Assembly (NCBI GenBank): GCA_965222615.1
Contig: CBDCUI010000007.1
Span: 416,001-480,000 of the forward strand
Direction of reading: 5' to 3'
DNA from: Gammaproteobacteria bacterium
GTDB taxonomy: Bacteria > Pseudomonadota > Gammaproteobacteria > UBA4575
Length of the DNA: 64,000 nt
Shown: one piece after another, positions 20,500-29,460 of the stretch
Position numbering within the stretch: position 1 is the first letter of the stretch
How the letters are laid out: every line of letters starts with the position of its first letter
Made by a program: the position numbers and the translations under genes
The notes under the pieces: generated by a model
The model's input: the letters and a program-made list of their open reading frames with translations, nothing else
Database searches by the model: none
Told to the model about the DNA's origin: nothing

Positions 20500-21024
20500 A
20501 TGAACAATTTATACAGCTCACCTGAAAGTGATGTGGCGTTAAATAAAGATGATGGCAAGTCATCTATGCTAGGTAATACCTTGGGTGAAACAATTAGTAA
20601 AGCACTTTTAATCTTAGAATTATTTTTTATAGTGCTACCTTTAAGCCTATTACTGATTATAGGTAGTAAAATAATTATTTTTGATATGTTTACATTTTAT
20701 TCTGAAGAAATTTATTATGAATTGCTCACAGCCTTTGTAATTTACTGTGCATTGGTTGCTGTACCTATTGGTTGGTATTTTGCTATTAAATTTTTAATTA
20801 AAGGCAGAAAGTCTTTAAAAAAGGATTCTATTATATTGTTCAGCATTCCAGTTATCGGCATGTTAACCCCCTTGCTACCTATATTTCATTCTTTAATTAA
20901 ACAATATTTTAATGCTCAACACGAAAACTATATGGATACGGTAGCTGATATAGCTCCCTTTGGTATATTCTTTGTTATACCATTTATTCACTTAGTTTTA
21001 GAATTTATATTTTCAAGACGTTAA
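20500..21024 (+). CDS. Hypothetical multi-TM protein with N-terminal NLYSSP motif
   Basis: 174 aa, about 4 TM segments, AT-rich. Confidence 0.7.
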   Translation: MNNLYSSPESDVALNKDDGKSSMLGNTLGETISKALLILELFFIVLPLSLLLIIGSKIIIFDMFTFYSEEIYYELLTAFVIYCALVAVPIGWYFAIKFLIKGRKSLKKDSIILFSIPVIGMLTPLLPIFHSLIKQYFNAQHENYMDTVADIAPFGIFFVIPFIHLVLEFIFSRR

Positions 21025-21053
21025 TAGTAGCTAACCCAGGTGATATTGAGAAA

Positions 21054-21083
21054 AATGTCAGCTTTGCGACTCAAGCTAACATA
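21054..21083. repeat. Family P 11-8-11 palindromic site
   Basis: aatgtcagctt-tgcgactc-aagctaacata (near-perfect inverted arms). Confidence 0.75.
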
Positions 21084-21321
21084 CAATTAAAACTATGTGC
21101 TATTTTCTGTCCTTAATTGCTACTCTCAATCTATAGCAGTAATTCAGTAGATACCATTGATTCAGTAAATTAGTCCTTATAGAGGCTATCTGCCTGAAAT
21201 GGCTTTATTCATCAGTATGATTTTTATCGGTTGGCTTAGATATTCATCAATTTATACCATAAGTAACTCGAATCTCTAGCTCATATGGAAATAGTTAAAA
21301 ACGATCAAGGAAGGTATCAAA

Positions 21322-21804
21322 ATGGGAAATATATTTAAAATTATCACATTCGTGTTGATTTTGTTGTCTCTTGCAGCTTGTAGTTTTGTTAAAGGAAAGG
21401 CGGAAGCCGAAAAACTCGCAGAAACTACATTTCAAGAAAGAATAAATCGTGGGGGCTTTGCTCATGATCGCTACTACTCAAAACTGTTTTGGGAAAATAC
21501 AGATGAGGCTGACTGGTCAAATATTAAAAAATTAGTAGCGAATGCTATGGGGGATCTTAAAAGCTATACACTCTCAACTTGGAATATTGAATCAAATATT
21601 AATACTAGTGATATTTCAGGAACGATCGTAATTTTACAATACGAAACAGAATATGAAAAAGGCAAAGGAATAGAGATCCTTACGCTTCACAAACCCCTCT
21701 CAGGCAAAAAGTTTACAATACTCGGACATAATTTTAATTCTGATAATATTCAAAAATATATTCAGAAAGGTATTGAGCAAGCTGCCTTAATTGAAAATTC
21801 TTAA
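21322..21804 (+). CDS. Hypothetical lipoprotein (DUF4019-like fold possible)
   Basis: Lipobox LAAC, AAGGAAGG SD; LQYETEYEKG..E..ILGHNFNS pattern. Confidence 0.7.
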   Translation: MGNIFKIITFVLILLSLAACSFVKGKAEAEKLAETTFQERINRGGFAHDRYYSKLFWENTDEADWSNIKKLVANAMGDLKSYTLSTWNIESNINTSDISGTIVILQYETEYEKGKGIEILTLHKPLSGKKFTILGHNFNSDNIQKYIQKGIEQAALIENS

Positions 21805-21897
21805 AGTACACAAGAAATAGAAGCTGATATTGAAACATTGCTTTTAATCAGAAACAGCTAATCGGTGAAAATTACTTACTCAATTTTTGAGGAGCCC

Positions 21898-22293
21898 ATG
21901 AAAACTTTAATCCCTACCCTACTCGTTATTTTCCTTACATCAGCTTTAGCTTTTGATGATGACCAAATCTTATTTGATAAAATTACAGGGATATGGCTTT
22001 TTGAAGCCTCTAATGGTGATATGTATATTAAAGCTACTGAAAATTATAAAAGTGATGGGACAATTGATACACATGGGAAAATTTACATAAAAGGTGAGCT
22101 GGTTGAAGAATATAAAGTAAAATCAAAATGGAATGTCATGGATGGTTACTCACATGTAGAAGTACTTGAATCAAATAATGATTATTTAAAACCAGGCCTT
22201 AAAATTACAGATAAAATTATCTCAGTGAATGACAAAGAATTTACATTTGAATCTGATGATGGAAAACAAACAACTATAATTCGAATTAAATGA
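21898..22293 (+). CDS. Hypothetical exported beta-rich protein
   Basis: GAGGAG SD before ATG 21898, signal peptide ending SALA, ITGIW lipocalin-like start. Confidence 0.7.
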   Translation: MKTLIPTLLVIFLTSALAFDDDQILFDKITGIWLFEASNGDMYIKATENYKSDGTIDTHGKIYIKGELVEEYKVKSKWNVMDGYSHVEVLESNNDYLKPGLKITDKIISVNDKEFTFESDDGKQTTIIRIK

Positions 22294-22323
22294 TTTATCC
22301 GCTAACGAACCAAAGCAAGCATT
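22294..22323. repeat. Family P 11-8-11 site
   Basis: tttatccgcta-acgaacca-aagcaagcatt directly after the stop codon. Confidence 0.55.
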
Positions 22324-22345
22324 CAATTCTAATTTCTAAATCAAA

Positions 22346-22753
22346 ATGGAAAACCCATATTCCTCACCTAAAAGTGAATTAGCTGGAAAGAGCATAAGTA
22401 AAAAAAAGAAGAAACCTATAGCTATATGGTTAACGTCAATTGTAGCAATTATCACCTCTCTGGCTATAGTATGGCGGGCTTACGAAACACAATGGTTGGC
22501 AGCTATCACATTTGCTTTACCATATTTGGTAGCTGGAATTGCCTTGATTATGAATAAAAGCTGGTCTCAATATATTTTTTATACTATGGCAGTAATAGGG
22601 ATAGGCGTATGGTTGTATGCTATCTACGGGTATCAAATATTAGAAAATCTAAATCAACTCAATGTCATGATAAGTTTAATTCCTGGGGTGTTATTTGTTA
22701 TTGTAAATATTGGAATAGTGTCTGTTGTTTATAGACATTTTCATGAGTCTTAA
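22346..22753 (+). CDS. Hypothetical four-TM protein with N-terminal NPYSSP motif
   Basis: 135 aa, four hydrophobic helices, AT-rich. Confidence 0.7.
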   Translation: MENPYSSPKSELAGKSISKKKKKPIAIWLTSIVAIITSLAIVWRAYETQWLAAITFALPYLVAGIALIMNKSWSQYIFYTMAVIGIGVWLYAIYGYQILENLNQLNVMISLIPGVLFVIVNIGIVSVVYRHFHES

Positions 22754-22795
22754 ATGACCACTTATGACTGCCGATCACAGCCGAAAGCGGCCACT
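22753..22795. repeat. Family P site with expanded spacer, right boundary of the array
   Basis: aatgaccactt-atgactgccgatcacagccga-aagcggccact. Confidence 0.65.
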
Positions 22796-22804
22796 TTAAA
22801 TACA

Positions 22805-23170
22805 CTAATCTATACCTTTTCTTTCGTACCCTGCTTCTTTCAATCTTTCTAAATATTTAAGCCAGTTGGTTTCTTTATTTATTCCCAAATTATATAGATG
22901 ATCCCAGGAATAAATGCCTGAATCGTGATTATCATCAAATACGAGTTGTACGGCATAGTTGCCAACTGGATTAATGGCCGTGATGTTTACATCTTCCTTG
23001 CCTACTTGAAGTACTTCTTGTCCGGGACCATGACCTTGTACTTCTGCAGAGGGTGAATGCGTGCGCAAATATTCGCAAGTGAGTTCAAAATGTTGCCCAT
23101 CATCAAATTCTATTTCCAAAATTTTGGATTTTTGATGTAGCTCAATCTTTGTCGGAGTTGCAATTGCCAT
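22805..23170 (-). CDS. DUF971 / gamma-butyrobetaine hydroxylase-like N-terminal domain protein
   Basis: EYLRTHSPSAEVQGHG, PVGNYAV..FDDNHDSGIYSW; usual hslU-DUF971-ubiE synteny. Confidence 0.92.
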   Translation of the reverse strand: MAIATPTKIELHQKSKILEIEFDDGQHFELTCEYLRTHSPSAEVQGHGPGQEVLQVGKEDVNITAINPVGNYAVQLVFDDNHDSGIYSWDHLYNLGINKETNWLKYLERLKEAGYERKGID

Positions 23171-23210
23171 TTTTATAATCCTGAAATTTTAGCCTCTCTC
23201 CTAACGAAAT

Positions 23211-23341
23211 GGGGCTTTGATATGTTTTTAGATAAGGCAACAAAATTTATGAAAAGCGGAGCTTACATTTAGTTTGCGTTTTCAGCGCCCCGCATTTTAA
23301 GAAATTTTATTAACGAAATACAAAGACATATCAAAGCTCCC
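23211..23341 (+). repeat. Family A element, divergent copy 4
   Basis: Arms ggggctttgatatgt / acatatcaaagctcc; core gaaaagcggagcttaca...gcatttt. Confidence 0.8.
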
Positions 23342-23344
23342 TGC

Positions 23345-24673
23345 TTACAGAATGTAGCGGCTTAGGTCTTCGTCTTTAATGAGTTCACCAATATTTTCAT
23401 CTACATAACCTGCATCCACGGTAACTGATTTACCGCTTTCATCGGGCGCAGAAAAGGAAATATTCTCTAATAATCGTTCCATTACGGTATGTAATCTGCG
23501 TGCACCAATATTCTCAGTAGACTCATTAACATCATGCGCAATTTGTGCAACTTTGCGTACACCATCTTCAGCAAAGCTTAACGTTACACCTTCGGTCGCC
23601 AGTAAAGCGGTATATTGTTCTGTTAACGATGCATCTGGTTCAGTCAAGATGCGTACAAAATCATCTGCCGACAAAGCCTTAAGTTCAACGCGAATCGGTA
23701 ACCGCCCTTGCAGCTCGGGTATTAGATCAGAGGGTTTGGAAACATGAAATGCACCCGAAGCAATAAAAAGAATGTGGTCAGTCTTCACCATGCCATATTT
23801 AGTATTAATGGTGCAGCCTTCTACCAAAGGCAACAAATCTCGTTGCACACCTTCGCGCGATACATCCGCACCACTGGTTTCTCCACGCTTGGCGACTTTA
23901 TCGATTTCATCTAGAAATACGATGCCATTTTGTTCAACATTTTCAAGTGCACTTGCTTTTAGTTCTTCTTCATTAACTAATTTATGCGCCTCTTCATCGG
24001 TAATGATTTTCATCGCATCTTCAATGCGCATTTTTCTGGTCTTCTTTTTGCCAGTGCTTAAGTTTTGAAACATACCTTGTAATTGACTGGCCATTTCTTC
24101 CATACCGGGTGGAGTCATGATCTCTACACCAAGTGGTGCGGCAGCGACATCAATTTCAATTTCAGTGTCGTTTAGATCACCTTCACGTAACTTTTTTCGA
24201 AACTTTTGACGCGTCTCACTAGCAAATTCGCTTTTATCATCCGCCAATGGATCCATTCTTGGCGGTACCAGCACATCTAAAATGCGTTCTTCTGCAGCTT
24301 CTTCGGCACGAAAACGCACTTTTTCCATTTCGATTTCACGCGTCATTTTGACTGAGGTATCGACCAAGTCTCGAATAATGGAGTCCACTTCTTTGCCGAC
24401 ATATCCGACTTCGGTAAATTTCGTGGCTTCAACTTTAATAAAAGGGGCATTGGCAAGCCGGGCAAGACGTCTGGCAATTTCTGTTTTACCTACACCTGTT
24501 GGCCCCATCATTAAAATATTTTTTGGAGTCACTTCGACACGCAGCTCTTCTGTCAATTGTTGCCTGCGCCACCGATTACGCAAAGCAATGGCAACTGCAC
24601 GTTTGGCCTCATCTTGACCAATTATATGCTTATCGAGCTCTTGAACGATCTCTCGCGGTGTCATGTTTGACAT
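23345..24673 (-). CDS. hslU: ATP-dependent protease ATPase subunit HslU
   Basis: [26 protein letters not shown]. Confidence 0.98.
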   Translation of the reverse strand: MSNMTPREIVQELDKHIIGQDEAKRAVAIALRNRWRRQQLTEELRVEVTPKNILMMGPTGVGKTEIARRLARLANAPFIKVEATKFTEVGYVGKEVDSIIRDLVDTSVKMTREIEMEKVRFRAEEAAEERILDVLVPPRMDPLADDKSEFASETRQKFRKKLREGDLNDTEIEIDVAAAPLGVEIMTPPGMEEMASQLQGMFQNLSTGKKKTRKMRIEDAMKIITDEEAHKLVNEEELKASALENVEQNGIVFLDEIDKVAKRGETSGADVSREGVQRDLLPLVEGCTINTKYGMVKTDHILFIASGAFHVSKPSDLIPELQGRLPIRVELKALSADDFVRILTEPDASLTEQYTALLATEGVTLSFAEDGVRKVAQIAHDVNESTENIGARRLHTVMERLLENISFSAPDESGKSVTVDAGYVDENIGELIKDEDLSRYIL

Positions 24674-24719
24674 GGAAAACTTACTACCTTACAAATGTTT
24701 TTGTTCTACAACTCTTCTT

Positions 24720-25253
24720 CTATAATTCTTCTAGGGCAATATTTGTATTGGTGTAAATACAAATGCTGGCTGCAATATTTAAAGCCTTTTTGACAATTAC
24801 ATTAGCATCCAATTCGGTATTATCTAACATCGCTCTAGCGGCGGCTTGGGCATACGGTCCACCAGAACCGATCGCGACTAATGAGTCTTCTGGTTCAATT
24901 ACATCTCCATTGCCAGAAATGATAAGCGAGGTTTTAGCATCTGCTACTGCCAGTAACGCTTCGAGTCTACGCAACATGCGATCAGTGCGCCAATCTTTAG
25001 CAAGTTCCACTGCAGCACGTGCTAGTTGACCATTATGTTGTTCAAGCTTGCCTTCAAAGCGCTCAAACAAGGTAAAGGCATCTGCGGTGCCTCCTGCAAA
25101 ACCAGCGATTACTTGGTCTTCATAGAGACGTCGAATTTTTCGTGCATTGCCCTTCATGATGGTATTGCCAAGTGAAACTTGACCATCTCCACCGAGTGCA
25201 ACTTTTCCATTTCTGCGTACAGAAACGATCGTAGTACCTTTGAATTGTTCCAT
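24720..25253 (-). CDS. hslV: ATP-dependent protease subunit HslV
   Basis: [19 protein letters not shown]. Confidence 0.98.
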   Translation of the reverse strand: MEQFKGTTIVSVRRNGKVALGGDGQVSLGNTIMKGNARKIRRLYEDQVIAGFAGGTADAFTLFERFEGKLEQHNGQLARAAVELAKDWRTDRMLRRLEALLAVADAKTSLIISGNGDVIEPEDSLVAIGSGGPYAQAAARAMLDNTELDANVIVKKALNIAASICIYTNTNIALEEL

Positions 25254-25295
25254 GGATGGTTTGGTGTGTTAATTCGAGTTTTTCTTGCACATTAT

Positions 25296-25324
25296 ATATG
25301 AAGACACCGTCGATCTTTTTCAAG
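25296..25324 (-). promoter_or_regulatory. sigma32 heat-shock promoter of hslVU
   Basis: CTTGAAA-N14-CTTCATAT on the minus strand upstream of hslV. Confidence 0.7.
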
Positions 25325-25374
25325 ATCAGACTAAAAAATAATTAAAGGCTAATTAACTAGATTAATTATGTGGC

Positions 25375-26328
25375 TTATTCGTCGTTTGACTTGGGATCGT
25401 CTGCTTGGTGCGCCTTTTTAGCGCGAGGGTGAGTACTATCATAAACCTGAGCAAGATGTTGAAAATCTAAGTGAGTATAGATTTGTGTAGTGCTAATGTC
25501 GGCGTGGCCAAGCATTTCCTGTACTGCTCGAAGATCACCACTGGACTCTAATAAATGACTAGCAAAGGAATGACGTAACATGTGTGGGTGTACATGTTTC
25601 TCTAAGCCTTGTTCTCTACCAAGCTGTGCCATACGTTGTTGTACGGCACGTGGTGATAAGCGTTTACCGCGGTTATTGACGAATACGGCAATTTCATCTT
25701 CCGCCGCAATATTCGGGCGCGCATCCAGCCAACGTCTTAATGCCTTACAAGCTTCTGTACCAATGGGCAAATAACGTGATTTATTGCCTTTACCGTGTAC
25801 ATGTACTTGGCCATGCGCTAAATCAACCATGTCAAGATTTAGATCAACTAATTCCGCCAATCGCAAACCTGATGAATACATTAACTCCATCATGGCGTAA
25901 TCACGTAATTTAAGCGGATTTTGCGGGCCTTCAGTTAACAAGCGATTAATTTCATCTACATCCAGTAGATCGGGTAATTTTTTCTCGATACTTGGCGCAC
26001 TTACATCCGCAACGGGATTGTTCTCCACCAAGTCTTCACGTTGCAAAAAATTATAAAATCTCCTGATCGCACTCAAACAACGATGTAGGCTACGTGCCGA
26101 TACGCCACGACGGCGCCGGGAACCGGCAAAGTTCCTTACATGCAAGCTATCTACCTCACAACAATCAGTAACATTGATGGCTTGTAGAAATTCTGCAAAT
26201 TGCAATATATCGTGCTGATAAGCTTCTATAGTTGCAATGGAGTATCTACGCTCATCACGCAGATAACGCAAATAACGATCGAGGAGTTCTTGAGTGGTTG
26301 CTGGACTCGTAACTATTGCCATAAACAC
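25375..26328 (-). CDS. xerC: Tyrosine recombinase XerC
   Basis: GLRLAEL, GKGNK, HPHMLRHSFASH, LGHADISTTQIYTHLDFQHL; dapF-DUF484-xerC synteny. Confidence 0.96.
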   Translation of the reverse strand: MFMAIVTSPATTQELLDRYLRYLRDERRYSIATIEAYQHDILQFAEFLQAINVTDCCEVDSLHVRNFAGSRRRRGVSARSLHRCLSAIRRFYNFLQREDLVENNPVADVSAPSIEKKLPDLLDVDEINRLLTEGPQNPLKLRDYAMMELMYSSGLRLAELVDLNLDMVDLAHGQVHVHGKGNKSRYLPIGTEACKALRRWLDARPNIAAEDEIAVFVNNRGKRLSPRAVQQRMAQLGREQGLEKHVHPHMLRHSFASHLLESSGDLRAVQEMLGHADISTTQIYTHLDFQHLAQVYDSTHPRAKKAHQADDPKSNDE

Positions 26329-26476
26329 ACTTACAGAGGTTTGAGTAATAACTACGTTATCACTAATTCTTTGCAGATGGAAATTTAAGCCTTAAGGATT
26401 ACGATAAAGCTCTGTTCTCGCGGGTTAAACGGGGTAATTGTTTTTAAATTTAAACTAGTAAAGAATTTTATTGTTT

Positions 26477-26693
26477 AAAGAAGCCCTGGTTTATTCTGCC
26501 CTACAAATGTTTCATGGCGTTAAAAAAATTTCTCAAAATACTCATATATTCCCATATACACTCTGTTTTGACTCGCATCTTCCTGGTGCTCGGCCTACGG
26601 CTAGCAAAGCTTTCCAAATCTGCTTCTGGCAGATTTGTCTCGAAATCTTTTTGCCTCATCTCAGTCATTTCATTAATAAATCAAGGCTTCTTT
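26477..26693 (-). repeat. Family A element, copy 5, interrupted by a family C insert
   Basis: Arms aaagaagccctggtttatt / aataaatcaaggcttcttt; about 68 bp longer than sister copies. Confidence 0.9.
26570..26637 (-). mobile_element. Small nested element family C (GGA hairpin)
   Basis: Minus strand caaatctgccagaagcagatttg...gccgtaggccgagcaccaggaagatgcgagtc; absent from other A copies; same architecture as 49479-49557. Confidence 0.7.
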
Positions 26694-26697
26694 TGGG

Positions 26698-27432
26698 TTA
26701 AGTCGTGACAAATTGATGCAATTTAGCACCTAGTATTTCGCCCAAATTACCTAAAAATAAGGTGCCCATGCCGCTTTGAAACCGATTCGCATCAGTACTA
26801 CCTAAAAATAATACTCCAAGTTGTTGCCGATTTTTCTTTAACGCCACTGCTGCTGCAGATCGTATAGGTTTTTTATCTTGTTCCTGGGCAAAAACACTCT
26901 CAATCTGGCGTTTAGTCAGAAAGGCTACCCCACGCCGGCGGCTAGAAAACAAGTCTTGAACCAGCTTAGATTTCGATAAGCTTGTTTTCATATAACCACA
27001 TTCCTTTACTTTTGTATTTGGCATTATTTCAAATAATCGCATATACACTTTAGTCCCTGGGAAGTCCGCATGTAGTAATTCTTGTATGCCACTTAAAGTC
27101 GATTCAAAACCCTTGATTGAAACAATAGATAAGGCCATGGTGTGTAAGCGTCGACTGACCCGCTCATTATCTTTCGCTACCGTGATCAGTTGTTGGAGTT
27201 TGCGTTCTAGCTCTTTATTTTTGCTACGCAACAACTCCACTTGGCGTTCAACCAAGGAAACGGCTTCTCCTGTTTCATGTGGGATGGCGAGTGTCTCAAT
27301 CAATTCAGAATGGTGCATAAAGAAATCGCTGTGTGTACGCAAATAACGTGCTACATCTTCACGATTCAGTTTAGATTTAGAAACTGCTACTTGACTACTG
27401 CTCGTTAAATCAGGCTTGGTCTGTATGGTCAT
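26698..27432 (-). CDS. DUF484 (YigA-like) protein
   Basis: VARYL..H.DFF, AVSLVERQ, F..GMGTLFL; between dapF and xerC. Confidence 0.92.
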   Translation of the reverse strand: MTIQTKPDLTSSSQVAVSKSKLNREDVARYLRTHSDFFMHHSELIETLAIPHETGEAVSLVERQVELLRSKNKELERKLQQLITVAKDNERVSRRLHTMALSIVSIKGFESTLSGIQELLHADFPGTKVYMRLFEIMPNTKVKECGYMKTSLSKSKLVQDLFSSRRRGVAFLTKRQIESVFAQEQDKKPIRSAAAVALKKNRQQLGVLFLGSTDANRFQSGMGTLFLGNLGEILGAKLHQFVTT

Positions 27433-28259
27433 AGAGTTAGGCTCCCCTCAAAACTTAATTCCGCCGGTCCAGTCATAAGTACTGGCCCGCTTGGATGATT
27501 ACACTCTATTTGCAAAATACCGCCTGGCAACTCTACAGCTACTTCACTTTCAAGGAGACCCTGGGCTTGTCCTACTGCAACGGCAGCACAAGCTCCGCTG
27601 CCACATGCACTGGTTTCGCCAACATCCCTCTCAAAAACACGCAACTTTATATGTTGTGTGTCTAATAACTGCATAAAGCCAACATTTACTTTATTCGGAA
27701 ACATAGAGTGTGTTTCGATTTTGGGGCCTAAGGTGGTGACGGGCGCATTATCGATATTATCAACTTGTATAACTGCATGTGGGTTACCCATAGAAACCGC
27801 ACCTATTTCAATTTGCTGCCCTTCGACGTCAAGCGTGTAACTTGGTGAAGTTGTAGCATATGTAAATGGGATTTTCTTTGGTTCAAAAATTGGCACACCC
27901 ATATCGACAGTAACAAAATCATCGTCACGAAGATAAATACGATATACACCACTAATTGTTTTAATATTAATCGAACTTTTGTTGGTTAATCCATTGAGCG
28001 ATAGAAATTTTCCTACACATCGAGCTCCATTTCCACACTGCTCAACTTCTTCTCCATTGCTGTTATAGATATGATAATTAAAGTCGACTTCACTGTCATT
28101 AGCTGATTTGACGACTAAGATCTGATCACATCCAATACCTCGTCTTCGATCTGCAATCCAACGTAACTGCTTTTTAGAAAGATGCACATCCTGATTCACA
28201 GCATCAAAGACTGCGAAATCATTACCTAATCCGTGCATTTTTGCAAATTGTAATTGCAT
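27429..28259 (-). CDS. dapF: Diaminopimelate epimerase
   Basis: KMHGLGNDF, EQCGNGARC, MGNPH, ETSACGSG. Confidence 0.97.
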   Translation of the reverse strand: MQLQFAKMHGLGNDFAVFDAVNQDVHLSKKQLRWIADRRRGIGCDQILVVKSANDSEVDFNYHIYNSNGEEVEQCGNGARCVGKFLSLNGLTNKSSINIKTISGVYRIYLRDDDFVTVDMGVPIFEPKKIPFTYATTSPSYTLDVEGQQIEIGAVSMGNPHAVIQVDNIDNAPVTTLGPKIETHSMFPNKVNVGFMQLLDTQHIKLRVFERDVGETSACGSGACAAVAVGQAQGLLESEVAVELPGGILQIECNHPSGPVLMTGPAELSFEGSLTL

Positions 28260-28332
28260 AACAACTATAAGCTTGTGGAAAGTTGAAAATTAAACCCTCA
28301 AATTAAGAATACCTTTCAGAATATTGCTAATG

Positions 28333-28749
28333 TTACTTCATTAAACGCATATACTCTTTATAAATACACTTATCCATTACGGTTAAAACATTTTCATTGC
28401 TAGCTTTAATCGCACTATCCGCATCTTTAACCCCTTCCTGTAACCACATTACCTTAACTTTCTTGTCGATACATTGATCAGCAATCTCTGCTACATACTT
28501 CGATGCACGAAATACATTGACTAAATCAACTTTAAAAGGAATATCTTGCAAAGACCGATAAGCTTTTTGTCCTAATATCTTTGTAACTGCTGGACGTACC
28601 GGAATAATATCGTAACCAAACTCTTGCATATGCTTGGCCACATGATGACTGGGGCGATCTGATTTGGGTGACAACCCTATTACAGCAATGCTTTTAATAG
28701 ACTCAAATAGCTCAATAAGCGCCGTATCACCCGGGGTTTCATAGTGCAT
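28333..28749 (-). CDS. CoA-binding protein (YccU-like)
   Basis: IAVIGLS..RPSH, DLVNVFR, WLQEG, DKCI. Confidence 0.9.
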   Translation of the reverse strand: MHYETPGDTALIELFESIKSIAVIGLSPKSDRPSHHVAKHMQEFGYDIIPVRPAVTKILGQKAYRSLQDIPFKVDLVNVFRASKYVAEIADQCIDKKVKVMWLQEGVKDADSAIKASNENVLTVMDKCIYKEYMRLMK

Positions 28750-28752
28750 ATT

Positions 28753-29415
28753 CTATATATATCCAAAGATTAATATATGTCTGTCACTAATTTTTTTCAC
28801 ATTCAAACTATTTAAACTTGCAGTCTTTAATTGATCCTGTACTTCATCAATTGTAAATGCCGCTAATAAAGAGTTATAAAAGTCACGGCGCAGGATGTCT
28901 GGTTCATTCTTTGTATACTCCGTAACAAGCCGTTTTGCAGAAATTTCAGATTCAGGCCGAATCAAGTCACAAACAAATACTGCGGTGCCTGACGTTGCAT
29001 ATTGTCGTACACAGGACCATAAATGCTGTGGCTCATGCAGATGATGTAATAAGCTATTCGATACAATCACATCATAGTGTTGATTAGGTAATTCACAATC
29101 TGGTATACGATATAAATGTAGTGTGATGCGATGCTGCAAAGACTCCGATTCAATCCTATGTTGTGCCTGAATTAACATTTCTTTCGCACCGTCTACGGCA
29201 TCGACTTTGCAGTTAGGGAATTTGTGTGCAAATCGAATTGCCATGTCGGCAGGACCACATCCCAGATCTAATAGCGTGGCTATATCAACTAGATCAGGAA
29301 AGACTTCATCAAAGTGATTGACAATGTTGCTATGGGCATCGTCGAAATTTGCTTGGCTATAGGCGATCACTTGTTGTGCATCGTCCATCAACTCTGGCTC
29401 GACTATTCTTTGCAT
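28753..29415 (-). CDS. Class I SAM-dependent methyltransferase
   Basis: LDLGCGPAD, SNSLLHH. Confidence 0.9.
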   Translation of the reverse strand: MQRIVEPELMDDAQQVIAYSQANFDDAHSNIVNHFDEVFPDLVDIATLLDLGCGPADMAIRFAHKFPNCKVDAVDGAKEMLIQAQHRIESESLQHRITLHLYRIPDCELPNQHYDVIVSNSLLHHLHEPQHLWSCVRQYATSGTAVFVCDLIRPESEISAKRLVTEYTKNEPDILRRDFYNSLLAAFTIDEVQDQLKTASLNSLNVKKISDRHILIFGYI

Positions 29416-29460
29416 TTTATTTGGGTTTCATTTACTTGATTTACATTGACCCGCTTTGTA

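Noticed and set aside
21112-21144. Additional family P site (tagcagtaatt arm)
   Set aside because: Only the right arm fits; the left arm and spacing are off, so it is not counted.
19885-22753. Classical attC sites between the array genes
   Set aside because: No convincing RYYYAAC...GTTRRRY pair with an internal hairpin was seen; isolated gctaac motifs lack the partner box.
25375-26328. Tyrosine recombinase 2.6 kb from the small-gene array as a possible integron integrase
   Set aside because: It has the XerC C-terminal signature (YTHLDFQHL), lacks the IntI-specific insertion and sits in the standard dapF-DUF484-xerC-hslVU context. The family P arms also do not match dif.
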